A DNA stretch of 32,000 nucleotides from positions 1,950,001-1,982,000 of the forward strand of contig NZ_CP080507.1 of the NCBI RefSeq assembly GCF_019464535.1, read 5' to 3'. Shown piece by piece: positions 19,706 through 28,711 of the stretch. How positions within the stretch are numbered: the first letter of the stretch is position 1; the number at the start of each line of letters is the position of its first letter. The translations under genes were made by a program, and so were the position numbers. This stretch comes from Horticoccus luteus. Its GTDB lineage: Bacteria; Verrucomicrobiota; Verrucomicrobiia; Opitutales; Opitutaceae. A model generated the notes under the pieces. That model searched no databases. It was not told where the DNA came from and saw nothing but the letters and a program-made list of their open reading frames with translations.

Positions 19706-20899
19706 ATGAGCACTCCGCCGCTCCCGCTTTCCACTTGGGCCCGCAATATTGCGCCGTCGCCGACGCTCGCCGTCGATGCGAAGGCGAAGATGCTTCAGGC
19801 GGCAGGGGAGGACGTGTGCGGTTTCGCCGCTGGCGAGCCGGATTTCGACACGCCAGAACACATTAAAGACGCCTGTATCGCGGCGCTGAAGGCAGGAAAG
19901 ACGAAATACGCGCCGACACCCGGCATCGAGCCGTTGCGCCAAGCCATCGTCGAGCGCTATGCGGCCGACTATGGCCTGACGATCGCGGCCAACCAAGTCA
20001 TTGTCTCCCCGGGCGGGAAATTCTCCTGCTATCTCGCGGTATTGGCGACCTGCTCGCCCGGCGACGAGGTGATCGTGCCGGCGCCTTTTTGGGTGAGTTA
20101 TCCGGAGATGGTAAAGCTGGCGGGAGCCGCGCCAAAATTCGTGCTGTGCGATGACCGGGCGGGCTTCAAACTTTCCCCGGCTCAACTCGAAGCGGCAATC
20201 ACGCCACGGACGCGGCTGGTGATTCTCAACTCCCCGTCGAATCCGACGGGGGCGGTCTATACGCGGGATGAACTGGCCGCGATCGTCGCGGTCGCGACCA
20301 AGCATAATCTCTACATCCTCTCCGACGAGATGTATGAGCATCTCGTTTACGACGGCACCACGCCCACGTGCGTGGCGACGTTGAGCGACGACGCGAAAGC
20401 GCGCACGATCGTGGTCGCCGGGTTTTCGAAGACCTACGCGATGACGGGATGGCGCATAGGCACCACCGTCGCGCCGGTGCCGATCGCCAAGGCGTTGACC
20501 GACCTGCAGAGCCAGATGTCTTCGAACGTGACGACGTTTGCCCAATACGGGGCGCTCGCGGCATTGAAGGAGAAGGAAAAGACCGCGGCCGCGCTCAAGG
20601 TAATGATGACAGCCTTCGACCGCCGTCGGAAGTTTTTGCACGCGCAGCTCAACAACATCCCCGGCGTGACCTGCCTGCTTGCCCAGGGAGCGTTTTACCT
20701 CTTCCCGAATATTTCCAGTTTCGGCATGAGCGACAGCGATTTCTGTGCGCGCCTACTCGATCAGGAAAAGGTGGCCGCGGTGCCGGGCAGCGCCTTCGGA
20801 GCGGAAGGCTATTTGCGTTTAAGCTACGCGACGAGTGATGAAATTATTCAAAAGGGCGTCACTCGATTGGCGAAATTCTGCGCATCGCTAAGAAAATAG
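19706..20899 (+). CDS. Aspartate aminotransferase (class Ib PLP-dependent)
   Basis: 397 aa from MSTPPLPLS. Motifs [42 protein letters not shown] and the PLP-lysine motif [12 protein letters not shown]. Confidence 0.9.
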   Translation: MSTPPLPLSTWARNIAPSPTLAVDAKAKMLQAAGEDVCGFAAGEPDFDTPEHIKDACIAALKAGKTKYAPTPGIEPLRQAIVERYAADYGLTIAANQVIVSPGGKFSCYLAVLATCSPGDEVIVPAPFWVSYPEMVKLAGAAPKFVLCDDRAGFKLSPAQLEAAITPRTRLVILNSPSNPTGAVYTRDELAAIVAVATKHNLYILSDEMYEHLVYDGTTPTCVATLSDDAKARTIVVAGFSKTYAMTGWRIGTTVAPVPIAKALTDLQSQMSSNVTTFAQYGALAALKEKEKTAAALKVMMTAFDRRRKFLHAQLNNIPGVTCLLAQGAFYLFPNISSFGMSDSDFCARLLDQEKVAAVPGSAFGAEGYLRLSYATSDEIIQKGVTRLAKFCASLRK

Positions 20900-21074
20900 G
20901 CGGAGAGGTGGTCAGGGACCAATGCGGGCTCGTCGTTGACCCGGCGACGACGAAAGGCGGTTAGAGGAAACGGGCGGAGAATGGTGGAGAAAGTTCTGCG
21001 CAGTCTGTCCTTTTTCCGCACGGACGTTCGTTGTAGAGAGATCACGCTTCACCTCGTCCTCTCCACCACCGCCC

Positions 21075-21497
21075 ATGAACACCGAGTCTGCGACCGCGAA
21101 TCCGTATCTGCTTTTTTTCCGCAACACCGGGCCTGAGAATCATCAGCGCCTGTCGGCCGATGAGCGGCAGGCCCTGGTGATCCGATGGAACGCTTGGTTC
21201 GAGGAACTGCTCGCCACGGGCAAAGCAGTCGAAGGCCAGCCCTTGGAAATGGAGACGCGAGTCGTGTCAGGCGCCGGCGGCGAACGCGTGACGGACGGTC
21301 CGTTTCCCGAGGCGAAAGAGGCGGTCGGTGGCTACGTGCGCCTGATGGTCAGCGGGCTTGAGGAAGCGACGGAAATTGCGCGCCGACATCCCGGGTTGGC
21401 CTACGGCATGAAGATCGAGATCCGGCCACTCACGCCGCATTGTCATCTCGGCGTCACGACAAGGGCTGCGCCCGCGGCACAGACGGCAAGTCGCTGA
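21075..21497 (+). CDS. YCII-related DGPF-domain protein
   Basis: Contains the eponymous TDGPFPEAKE motif, and GGYVRLMV...EATEIARRHPG, in a protein of about 120-140 aa. Lies 4 nt upstream of an ECF sigma gene. Confidence 0.8.
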   Translation: MNTESATANPYLLFFRNTGPENHQRLSADERQALVIRWNAWFEELLATGKAVEGQPLEMETRVVSGAGGERVTDGPFPEAKEAVGGYVRLMVSGLEEATEIARRHPGLAYGMKIEIRPLTPHCHLGVTTRAAPAAQTASR

Positions 21498-21501
21498 CGG
21501 C

Positions 21502-22833
21502 ATGCGTGAGTTCGCGACAGCCCCGACCGTCTCGCCATCGGCGGCGCAATTGGCGGAGCACTTTTTTCGGCACGAAACGGGGCGGTTGCACGGGGTTTTA
21601 ATCCGCCGTTTCGGCGTGGAGAACCTTTCGTTGGTGGAAGACGTGGCCCAAGAGGCGCTGCTCAAGGCGCTGCGCACGTGGTCGATGGGCGGAGTGCCGC
21701 CGAATCCGTCAGCATGGGTGACCCGGGTAGCGATGAACCTTGCGCACGATGCATTGCGCCACCGCACGATGTCGGCAGGCAAGGAGACTGATATCGCCCG
21801 GCATTTTGAGCAGTTGAGGCCGGCGGAGGATTCGCCCGGGATGGAAGAACGAGCGATCCGCGACGACGCTCTGCGGTTGATGTTCGTCTGCTGTCATCCC
21901 GCTCTGGCGTCGGACGCGCAAGTCGTGCTCGCTTTGAAAGTCTTGTGCGGCTTCAGCACAACCGAGATTGCGGAAGCGTTTCTGAGCACCGAAGCCGCGA
22001 TCGAAAAACAGATCACGCGGACGAAGCGACGAATTCGTGAAGCGGGCATTGGCTTCGATCTTCCGCACGGCGACGGATTGGCTGTACGGCTCGATGGCGT
22101 GCTCGGCGTGTTGTATTTACTTTTCAATGAAGGTTACAAGGCGTCGGATGGGCCGCGCCTCTTGCGTGAAGATCTTTGCCTGGAAGCGGTGCGGCTGATG
22201 TCACTCTTGGTGCAGCACCCGGCGGGCGATGTCCCGCGCAGCCACGCGTTGCTGGCGTTGATGCTGTTGACGGCGGCCCGCTTTCCCGCCCGCGTGGATG
22301 CGCAAGGTGGACTGCTGCGACTCGACGGACAGGATCGCACCAAATGGGATGGCGCCATGATCGACCGCGGGCTGCAGCACCTCGGGCACGCGGCGCAGGG
22401 CACGGAGGTGAGCGCATATCATCTGCAGGCGGGCATCGCGGCGATCCACTGCACGGCGCCCGATTACGCGGGAACGGATTGGACACGCATTCTTCAACAT
22501 TACGATGAACTGCACCGGTTGAAGCCGTCGCCCGTGGTCGAGCTCAATCGCGCCGTGGCTTTGGCGCAGTTACGCGGGCCGCAAGCGGGGTTGGACGCCA
22601 TCGCGGCGATAACGGCGGCCGGGAAACTCGAACGTCATTACCTCCTGCATGCGGTCCGCGGCGAATTGCACTGGCGGCGACGTGATGATCAGGCGGCGGC
22701 GCAATGTTTTCGCCGCGCGCTGCAACTTGCCCGAGTCGGACCTGAGCAGCTTTATCTCACCCGGTTGCTGGAGCGGTCGGCGGATGCCGTGTTCGACGAC
22801 ATCACATTGCTCGAAGGCCGCCCGCCCGAGTGA
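21502..22833 (+). CDS. ECF sigma factor with long C-terminal TPR-like extension (ECF42-type)
   Basis: Sigma region 2 (VEDVAQEALLKALRTW) and region 4 (LCGFSTTEIAEAFLSTEAAIEKQITRTKRRI) are followed by about 230 extra residues. No adjacent anti-sigma gene. Confidence 0.85.
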   Translation: MREFATAPTVSPSAAQLAEHFFRHETGRLHGVLIRRFGVENLSLVEDVAQEALLKALRTWSMGGVPPNPSAWVTRVAMNLAHDALRHRTMSAGKETDIARHFEQLRPAEDSPGMEERAIRDDALRLMFVCCHPALASDAQVVLALKVLCGFSTTEIAEAFLSTEAAIEKQITRTKRRIREAGIGFDLPHGDGLAVRLDGVLGVLYLLFNEGYKASDGPRLLREDLCLEAVRLMSLLVQHPAGDVPRSHALLALMLLTAARFPARVDAQGGLLRLDGQDRTKWDGAMIDRGLQHLGHAAQGTEVSAYHLQAGIAAIHCTAPDYAGTDWTRILQHYDELHRLKPSPVVELNRAVALAQLRGPQAGLDAIAAITAAGKLERHYLLHAVRGELHWRRRDDQAAAQCFRRALQLARVGPEQLYLTRLLERSADAVFDDITLLEGRPPE

Positions 22834-22874
22834 AAGTGGCGTTCGGTGGGGCAAGGCGCCCGTGGCGCGTGGCT

Positions 22875-23792
22875 TCAGCAAACGCGGCCGCGTTTGCCGG
22901 CGCGCGTGTTCGCAATGGGGTTCGCGCCGATCCAGCGTTCATCGATGGGCTCGCTCGCGCGTTGATAGCGAGTGTCGGATGACAGGCGGACCCGAGCGGT
23001 CTGATTGTCGAGACTGCCATGCACCAGGGACATTCCAAACGTGATGAAATCTCCGATTCGCCATTCGGGCGCTGTGAGCCAGCGCCCGCCTAATTTTTCG
23101 CGCAAGGACACGGGGTTCTTCGTGAGAAATCCGGGATGGCTCCAACCGCCTTGGTTCTTCACGCGTTCCACTTCGCGGGGGCGGTTTTCGCAGTAGGAGT
23201 CGACGTCGATTTCCAGATAGTGCCGCAGGCGCTCGGACTTTTTGTGCGAATCTTCGAGGAGCATCACCCCGCCGACTTCGAGCGGCACGTCGCCATAAGG
23301 GATCCAGCAGGTGAGCAGTTGGTGCGTGCCGCGACCCATGTAAACAAGATCGCAGTGAGGCGTCGACCCTTGGCCGCGACTCATGGCGCGAAACCATGTG
23401 TAATCGAAATGCCGAACGGGCTCGCCGAAGAGCGCGGTGTAAAAGGCCACGAGCTCCGGGCCGTAAACCACACGCGCGACTTCCGGGTTGCCCACGGCCA
23501 AATCGCCGCGGTAGCCGGATGTTTTGTCCGGGTGCCCGATCGCGTCCATCACGGGGAACGCGGGGTCGAGCGAGCCTTCCGCCGCCAGGCGCGCGGTCAC
23601 GGATGCGCGCGCTGCGAGGATGAGATCACGCGAAAAAAATCCCGGGACGTAAAGGTAACCGTCCACAGCGAGACGTTGACGCAATTCGTCAGGGCGTTCC
23701 AAACAGTCCGCGGAAGAACGAATCTCGCCAAACGCCTCGGGCGAGGAGTCGATTTCGTGCCCGCAGGAAAGAAGAGGGAAAGTAACGTTCAT
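22875..23792 (-). CDS. Phytanoyl-CoA dioxygenase (PhyH) family Fe(II)/2-oxoglutarate oxygenase
   Basis: N-terminal DGYLYVPGFF, an HxD iron motif (PHCDL), a distal His (LVHGS) and a DTRYQR tail typical of the PhyH superfamily. Confidence 0.82.
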   Translation of the reverse strand: MNVTFPLLSCGHEIDSSPEAFGEIRSSADCLERPDELRQRLAVDGYLYVPGFFSRDLILAARASVTARLAAEGSLDPAFPVMDAIGHPDKTSGYRGDLAVGNPEVARVVYGPELVAFYTALFGEPVRHFDYTWFRAMSRGQGSTPHCDLVYMGRGTHQLLTCWIPYGDVPLEVGGVMLLEDSHKKSERLRHYLEIDVDSYCENRPREVERVKNQGGWSHPGFLTKNPVSLREKLGGRWLTAPEWRIGDFITFGMSLVHGSLDNQTARVRLSSDTRYQRASEPIDERWIGANPIANTRAGKRGRVC

Positions 23793-23906
23793 CGAAGAAG
23801 GTGGCGTGCGCCGATAGAAACGAAGGCGTTACCGTAACACGACGGGCAGCGCGAAGGAATGGTTGTTCTGGTGCCGCGCATGTGTATTTTGGTTTAGCCC
23901 TTCACG

Positions 23907-24761
23907 ATGACCACACGGTGGACAACCCGTTCTCTGCCGACCGCCGGCACGCCCACGCGACTGGGATCGTTGACTCTGGCGGGGCAATCGCGACTCAACC
24001 GAGGCATCGCACGGGATAGCATGCGCGTCTTGGGCAGCTACGCCTTGGTTTACGTGCTGGCTGGCCGGGCGCAGTTCGGCGATGCCACGGGACTGAAGCG
24101 AGAAGTCGTGGCCGGGGACGTATTCTTTCTGTTTCCCGAAGTGGCGCATTTCTACGAACCAGGAGCGTCCGGGCCTTGGGACGATGTCTGGTTGGTGTTC
24201 CAAGGGCCCGTGTTTGACCAATGGCGACGCGAGCGACTGCTCGATCCGGCAGATCCGGTGTGGCACGTCGAGCCGGTGGACGTGTGGCGAAAGAAGATCA
24301 TGCGCGTCCTCACCGGAGGCAGCACGGGCGGGGCGGCCGCGCTCGTGGAGGTGACACGATTGCTGGCGCTGCTCGCCGAAATGAGAGCAGCGGCGCGTGG
24401 CGAATTTGAACACGACCAACGGCCCGCCTGGCTGCAGGAAGCGTGTCGCCGGCTGGAAAGCGCGGCCGCCGTGCCGGATTGGGAGCGATTCGCGGGTGCT
24501 TTCGGGTTCTCGTATGAGCAATTCCGTCGAAAATTCAGCGAGGGGATGGGGGAGGCGCCTGCGCGCTATCGGCTGGCGCGTCGCATTGATCGGGCTGCGG
24601 CACTGTTGCAGGCGGAGGAACGGCCGTTAAAGCAGATCGCGGCGGAGCTCGGTTTTTGCGACGAGTTTCACTTCTCGAAGCTGTTTAAGCGGCGGACAGG
24701 GTTGTCGCCCTCCGCGTATCGGCGGCAGTGGCGAGCGAGCGAGCGGGCGGCGCGGAGCTAA
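23907..24761 (+). CDS. AraC family transcriptional regulator with N-terminal cupin-like sensor domain
   Basis: C-terminal double HTH (FGFSYEQFRRKFSEGMGEAPARYRL...LGFCDEFHFSKLFKRRTGLSPSAYRR). Divergent from the PhyH gene. Confidence 0.85.
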   Translation: MTTRWTTRSLPTAGTPTRLGSLTLAGQSRLNRGIARDSMRVLGSYALVYVLAGRAQFGDATGLKREVVAGDVFFLFPEVAHFYEPGASGPWDDVWLVFQGPVFDQWRRERLLDPADPVWHVEPVDVWRKKIMRVLTGGSTGGAAALVEVTRLLALLAEMRAAARGEFEHDQRPAWLQEACRRLESAAAVPDWERFAGAFGFSYEQFRRKFSEGMGEAPARYRLARRIDRAAALLQAEERPLKQIAAELGFCDEFHFSKLFKRRTGLSPSAYRRQWRASERAARS

Positions 24762-24880
24762 CGTTCAGGTGCGATGGTCGCTCCGTGGCGGAAGGCGGCC
24801 AGGCGCGCAGTGGACCAACGAAGGGGAAAATTTTGAGTTGGATTTTCCCGGCGGACCCTGCACGTTTCCCCGCTTCGTTC

Positions 24881-24955
<75 letters not shown>

Positions 24956-25053
24956 CGTTTCAAATAGCGGCGGTGATGCCGCGGTATGAGAAGGAGACGT
25001 GTTGCTTCTGGTTGCGTTGCACCGGCCGAAATGGTGCGGATCGCCGGGCGACG

Positions 25054-25776
25054 TTAAAGCACTTCGTCGACACGGGCGGACTCGCCTCCGCCGACCAAGG
25101 CAAACGCATAACGCGCATCGGACCAAGTGGCGACGGCGTTGCGGGCAAAATGTGCGAGACTCGCGGAAACATCGGCGGGGCCACCATCGAGAGCGCACAC
25201 GTAAAGATGGTATTCGCCGCCGGCGCGGCTGAAGCACACCTCCCAGACGTCGCGGCCGGCAAAACGAAGGGTGCGGCAATGAGCGGGTTTTACTCGTGCC
25301 CAATCAAATGTGGGTGTAGCGGCGAGATGAAAGTTGGGATTGGCGAGATCGGCGCGCAATTCCACCGAGGCGTCCGCAAGGCCGATGTGATGGCCGCGTC
25401 GCACGTCTGCCGCGGCCCAACTCGCGAGTTGCGGCAAGAGGAAAGCGTCGGCGGACGGTGCAAAGCGATGCCATGAAAACACGCCGAGGAGCGTGAGGCT
25501 GGCAGCGATGGCGAGGATCACGGGCCACCGCCAAGAGGTAACGCGGGGCTCAAGCCGTGCGCCGGACAATATCGAATCGCGCAATCCCGGCGGCGGAGTG
25601 AGGGCGCGAACGTGCTCGGCGAACGCGGCATCCCATGCTTGCTCACGGGCTTGCCACGTCCGAAGAACAGGGTCGCGTTCGGCGCACGCCAGTGCTTCGC
25701 GGAAGAGGGGATCTGTCGCGTCTTGCCCGCTGGGACGATAGGCGCGCAGACGGAATTGGGCGTCTTGGTTGTTCAT
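25054..25776 (-). CDS. Single-pass membrane anti-sigma factor (putative) with periplasmic Cys/His-containing domain
   Basis: ATGA overlap with the upstream ECF sigma gene. Helical cytoplasmic N-domain of about 70 aa, one TM helix (WRWPVILAIAASLTLLGVFSW) and an extracytoplasmic domain of about 130 aa. No ZAS HxxxCxxC motif. Confidence 0.7.
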   Translation of the reverse strand: MNNQDAQFRLRAYRPSGQDATDPLFREALACAERDPVLRTWQAREQAWDAAFAEHVRALTPPPGLRDSILSGARLEPRVTSWRWPVILAIAASLTLLGVFSWHRFAPSADAFLLPQLASWAAADVRRGHHIGLADASVELRADLANPNFHLAATPTFDWARVKPAHCRTLRFAGRDVWEVCFSRAGGEYHLYVCALDGGPADVSASLAHFARNAVATWSDARYAFALVGGGESARVDEVL

Positions 25777-26312
25777 GGCGTCTGCTTTTTAGCCGGCAAA
25801 ACAAAGGGGACGACGGGCGCGGCGGCGCGACGATCCGCAAGCGCGGCCCGCAACTGGCTTTTGCCGCGCGCGAGGCGGGACATGACCGTGCCGATGGGGA
25901 CGTTGAGCGTCGTCGCGATCTCCTGATAGGATAGTTCTTCGAGGTAAAACAGCGTCAGCGGCGCGCGAAAAACTTCATCGACCCGCGTGAGTGCTTCCCA
26001 TGCGACGGCGGCATCGACGCGTCGCAATTGGTCGACATCCTGATCACTGAGTTCGGCCTCCGGAGCGTCTTCGAGGGCGGTCTCGCGCGCACCGCGGCGA
26101 CGGCCGCGGAGAAATTCGCGATAAAGCGTGGTGAAGAGCCACGTTTTAACCTTCGCCACATCGCGGAGACTGTGGCCCTTGCGCGCCCAAATATAGAACG
26201 TTTGCTGCGTGAGATCGCACGCGTCCGCGGTGTTGCGGGCGAGGCTGAGCGCGAACCGATAGAGACCGGTGTAGTGCTGGTCGACGAGCGCGGTGAAGAC
26301 GTCCTCAGACAT
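25773..26312 (-). CDS. ECF (sigma-24/group IV) RNA polymerase sigma factor
   Basis: 179 aa. Region 2 (YRFALSLARNTADACDLTQQTFYIW) and region 4 HTH (LSYQEIATTLNVPIGTVMSRLARGKSQLR). Confidence 0.9.
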   Translation of the reverse strand: MSEDVFTALVDQHYTGLYRFALSLARNTADACDLTQQTFYIWARKGHSLRDVAKVKTWLFTTLYREFLRGRRRGARETALEDAPEAELSDQDVDQLRRVDAAVAWEALTRVDEVFRAPLTLFYLEELSYQEIATTLNVPIGTVMSRLARGKSQLRAALADRRAAAPVVPFVLPAKKQTP

Positions 26313-26335
26313 GGGAAGGGGAGGGAGCGGACGCG

Positions 26336-26800
26336 TCAGGAGGATTTAGCGGCGGTGGAGGCGGAAGGGCGCGCGAACCACGTGTCGAGGGAGAAGAAGC
26401 CCGGGCCAAATGCGAGAACGATCAAGGCCGTGAGCAGAAAGAGAAAGGGCGTCGCTGAGGTACAGGCGTCAGGGTCGTTCCATAGGCGGGTGACAGAGGC
26501 GCGTTCGGCAGTGGCATAGGCCACACTCATGACGCCAATCAGCGGCAGGGCGGCGGGGCGCGCGAAAAGGCCCAGAGCGAGCAGGGCGCCGCACAGCAAC
26601 TCCGTGGCGCCGGCCGCCGCGGCATTCAGCATGGGCCACGGCACACCCAGGCTGCCGAAATACGCGGCGGTGCGGTCGAGATGGTGTAGTTTGCCCCATC
26701 CGGTGAAGACGAAGCCGATGCCCCAGTAAAGGCGGAGCGCGAGAAGTAGCGGCGACTGGAGCCACTCCCCGCATGTGCGGAACACGTTCGGTTGACGCAT
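26336..26800 (-). CDS. DoxX family inner-membrane protein
   Basis: 154 aa from MRQPNV. Four predicted TM helices with DoxX-like motifs (LALRLYWGIGFVFTGWGKL; ELLCGALLALGLFARPAAL). The longer track ORF start would overlap the upstream gene. Confidence 0.8.
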   Translation of the reverse strand: MRQPNVFRTCGEWLQSPLLLALRLYWGIGFVFTGWGKLHHLDRTAAYFGSLGVPWPMLNAAAAGATELLCGALLALGLFARPAALPLIGVMSVAYATAERASVTRLWNDPDACTSATPFLFLLTALIVLAFGPGFFSLDTWFARPSASTAAKSS

Positions 26801-26828
26801 GGTAACGATAGAGAAAGACGCGGGGAAT

Positions 26829-27770
26829 TTATTCCCGCGCGCACAACCAGCCGAGGCGCGTCCAATGCTCAAACCACTCGCGGATCAAGGCGGCTTGTTC
26901 TTCGGCGCACGTCCGGGAAGAACGAAAGGCCGCGCCGCAGGCGTCAGCAAGCGGCTGACCTCTTGCCAGCGCGCGCAAGAGGCGGAATTCGGAGGGAGCA
27001 AGGCGCCGGAAATATATTTGATTTTGAAACCGGTGCACGGCGAGGAACGTGGTCGCGGCGCGGAGCCGCGGACCGGCGAGGCCCTTGGCGGTGCGGCGGC
27101 CGGGACGCACTGTCTGGCTCGCCGCAGTGCGCAAAGCCGAGTCGTGCTGCTTCAAGGCGAGCAAGTAATCGTCGACCGCGAAGGACAGACGGAGCAGGGT
27201 GAGACACGGTTGCAGGGCGAGGCGGAGCGTGAGAGGATCCGCAGTGCGCATTCGCCGAACCGAAACGGGCGCGCGCGCGGCGGCATCGAAGGCGACGATC
27301 TGCGCCCACTCGAACGCTGCAAGATTGCGCGCTGCGGCCGTATGCGGTGCCGTGTGGCGTGGTTGCGCCGCGATGAAGCGTGGCAGGTGACGGCCGAGAT
27401 CGCGCAGAGTGAACGAACGAGAGGGATGGGTTGCGATGTAGGCTCGGGCGAGACGCAGAAATCGCGCTTCACCCAAATGCATCCTCAGCCCGGGAAAGTC
27501 TTCGCCGAGGGAATCGAGCAGGCGAAACCAATACATGCGGTTGTAGATTTCGATGCGATCGAGCGCCGACAAGCGGCCCGTGTCGCGCGCAAAGGTTTTT
27601 ACCACGGCGTGCGTGGCGCGTCCATCAACCCAGCGGCGTTGCGCGCGATCCTGCGCCGAGAGCGGGCGACTGACGGCGGCAAACATCACGCGCTGCAACG
27701 AATGCAAGTCATGCAGTGACTGAATCCGGCCGGGGGCCGCCGCAGGCAAGGGGCGCACACTTCGAGGCAT
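26829..27770 (-). CDS. DUF2063 domain protein (MbnC/HvfC/BufC-like partner of DUF692 enzymes)
   Basis: N-terminal DUF2063 pattern (LQRVMFAAV...IEIYNRMYWFRLLDSLGEDFPGLRMHLGEARFLRLARAYIATHPSRSFTLRDLGRHLPRFI). Starts 2 nt after the DUF692 stop. Confidence 0.8.
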   Translation of the reverse strand: MPRSVRPLPAAAPGRIQSLHDLHSLQRVMFAAVSRPLSAQDRAQRRWVDGRATHAVVKTFARDTGRLSALDRIEIYNRMYWFRLLDSLGEDFPGLRMHLGEARFLRLARAYIATHPSRSFTLRDLGRHLPRFIAAQPRHTAPHTAAARNLAAFEWAQIVAFDAAARAPVSVRRMRTADPLTLRLALQPCLTLLRLSFAVDDYLLALKQHDSALRTAASQTVRPGRRTAKGLAGPRLRAATTFLAVHRFQNQIYFRRLAPSEFRLLRALARGQPLADACGAAFRSSRTCAEEQAALIREWFEHWTRLGWLCARE

Positions 27771-27772
27771 GA

Positions 27773-28636
27773 TCAGGAGCGCGCGATCGCAGTCGCCGGG
27801 GCGGTGACGGACGAGAGAAAGCGATCAGCCTTCAGTGCTTCCGCATGCACTTCTTCGAACGAGGGAATGCGATCATCCCATTCGAGCAACGTGGCCGTAG
27901 CGCCGCAGCGCCGGACGGCGCGGTCGTAAAGTTTCCACACGGGATCGATCACCGGATGGTCGTGCGTATCGAGGACGTAGCGCTCGAATTTGGTGTGGCC
28001 GGCGATGTGAATCTGCGCGACCCGTTCGGCCGGCACCGCATCGATGTAGGTGCGCGGATCGAAGTCGTGGTTGCGGGAAGAGACGTAAATGTTGTTCACG
28101 TCCAGCAGCACGCCGCAATCGGCCTGGTCGACGACTTCGTTGAGAAACTCCCACTCGGTCATTTCCGAGGCCGTGAATTCGGTGTAGCTGCTGACGTTCT
28201 CCACGCAGATCGGCACTTCGAGAAAATCCTGCGCCTCGCGAATCTTCGCGGCGGCGTGCTGGGCGGCGATTCGGGTGTAGGGAATCGGGAGCAAATCGTG
28301 CGTGTAGGTGCCGTCGATGCTGCCCCAACAAAGGTGGTCGCTTAGCCAAGGCGTTTTTGTCCGGCGGACCAGCGCTTTCAACCGGCGGAGATGGTCGCGG
28401 TTCAGACGATCGGCCGAGCCGAAATAGAGCGACACGCCGTGCTGCACGACACGGTATTGCTCCAGAATCTGATCGAGCACTTCCAAGGGCCGACCTCCGT
28501 CGACAAGGTAGTTTTCAGAGATGATCTCAAACCAATCGACCGTCGGCTTCTGCCGCAGGATGTGCTGGTAGTGCGGCACGCGCAGTCCGATGCCGATGCC
28601 GTAGTCAGTGAAGTTGTTGAAGCGATTCGCAGGCAT
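27773..28636 (-). CDS. DUF692 / UPF0276 family multinuclear non-heme iron oxidase (MNIO, MbnB-like)
   Basis: 287 aa, TIM-barrel family hallmarks: GIGLRVPHY, WFEIISENY, QHGVSLYFGS, PWLSDHLCW, ENVSSY, LLDVNNIYVS, IHIAGH, LDTHDHPV and LLEWD. These include the candidate iron-ligand His/Asp/Glu positions. Confidence 0.92.
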   Translation of the reverse strand: MPANRFNNFTDYGIGIGLRVPHYQHILRQKPTVDWFEIISENYLVDGGRPLEVLDQILEQYRVVQHGVSLYFGSADRLNRDHLRRLKALVRRTKTPWLSDHLCWGSIDGTYTHDLLPIPYTRIAAQHAAAKIREAQDFLEVPICVENVSSYTEFTASEMTEWEFLNEVVDQADCGVLLDVNNIYVSSRNHDFDPRTYIDAVPAERVAQIHIAGHTKFERYVLDTHDHPVIDPVWKLYDRAVRRCGATATLLEWDDRIPSFEEVHAEALKADRFLSSVTAPATAIARS

Positions 28637-28662
28637 GGGCGGACAACGCGGCGGGCTGGCAC

Positions 28663-28693
28663 GAGCGGCGCGATCAGTGCGACCGCGCCGCTC
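28663..28693 (-). promoter_or_regulatory. Intercistronic 10-bp perfect GC hairpin between precursor gene and DUF692 gene
   Basis: On the minus strand, GAGCGGCGCG-gtcgcactgat-CGCGCCGCTC. It lies 19 nt after the precursor stop and 27 nt before the DUF692 ATG, with no U-tract. Confidence 0.5.
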
Positions 28694-28711
28694 GGAGGCG
28701 AGAGACGAGGC

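Noticed and set aside
19433-20641. 402-aa minus-strand ORF opposite the aspartate aminotransferase
   Set aside because: Shadow ORF, extremely Arg-rich, opposite a gene with clear family motifs.
20936-21136. 66-aa ORF in the aspartate aminotransferase-DGPF intergenic region
   Set aside because: It is Arg-rich, overlaps the DGPF start in another frame and has no plausible initiation context. The region is better explained as a leader/promoter.
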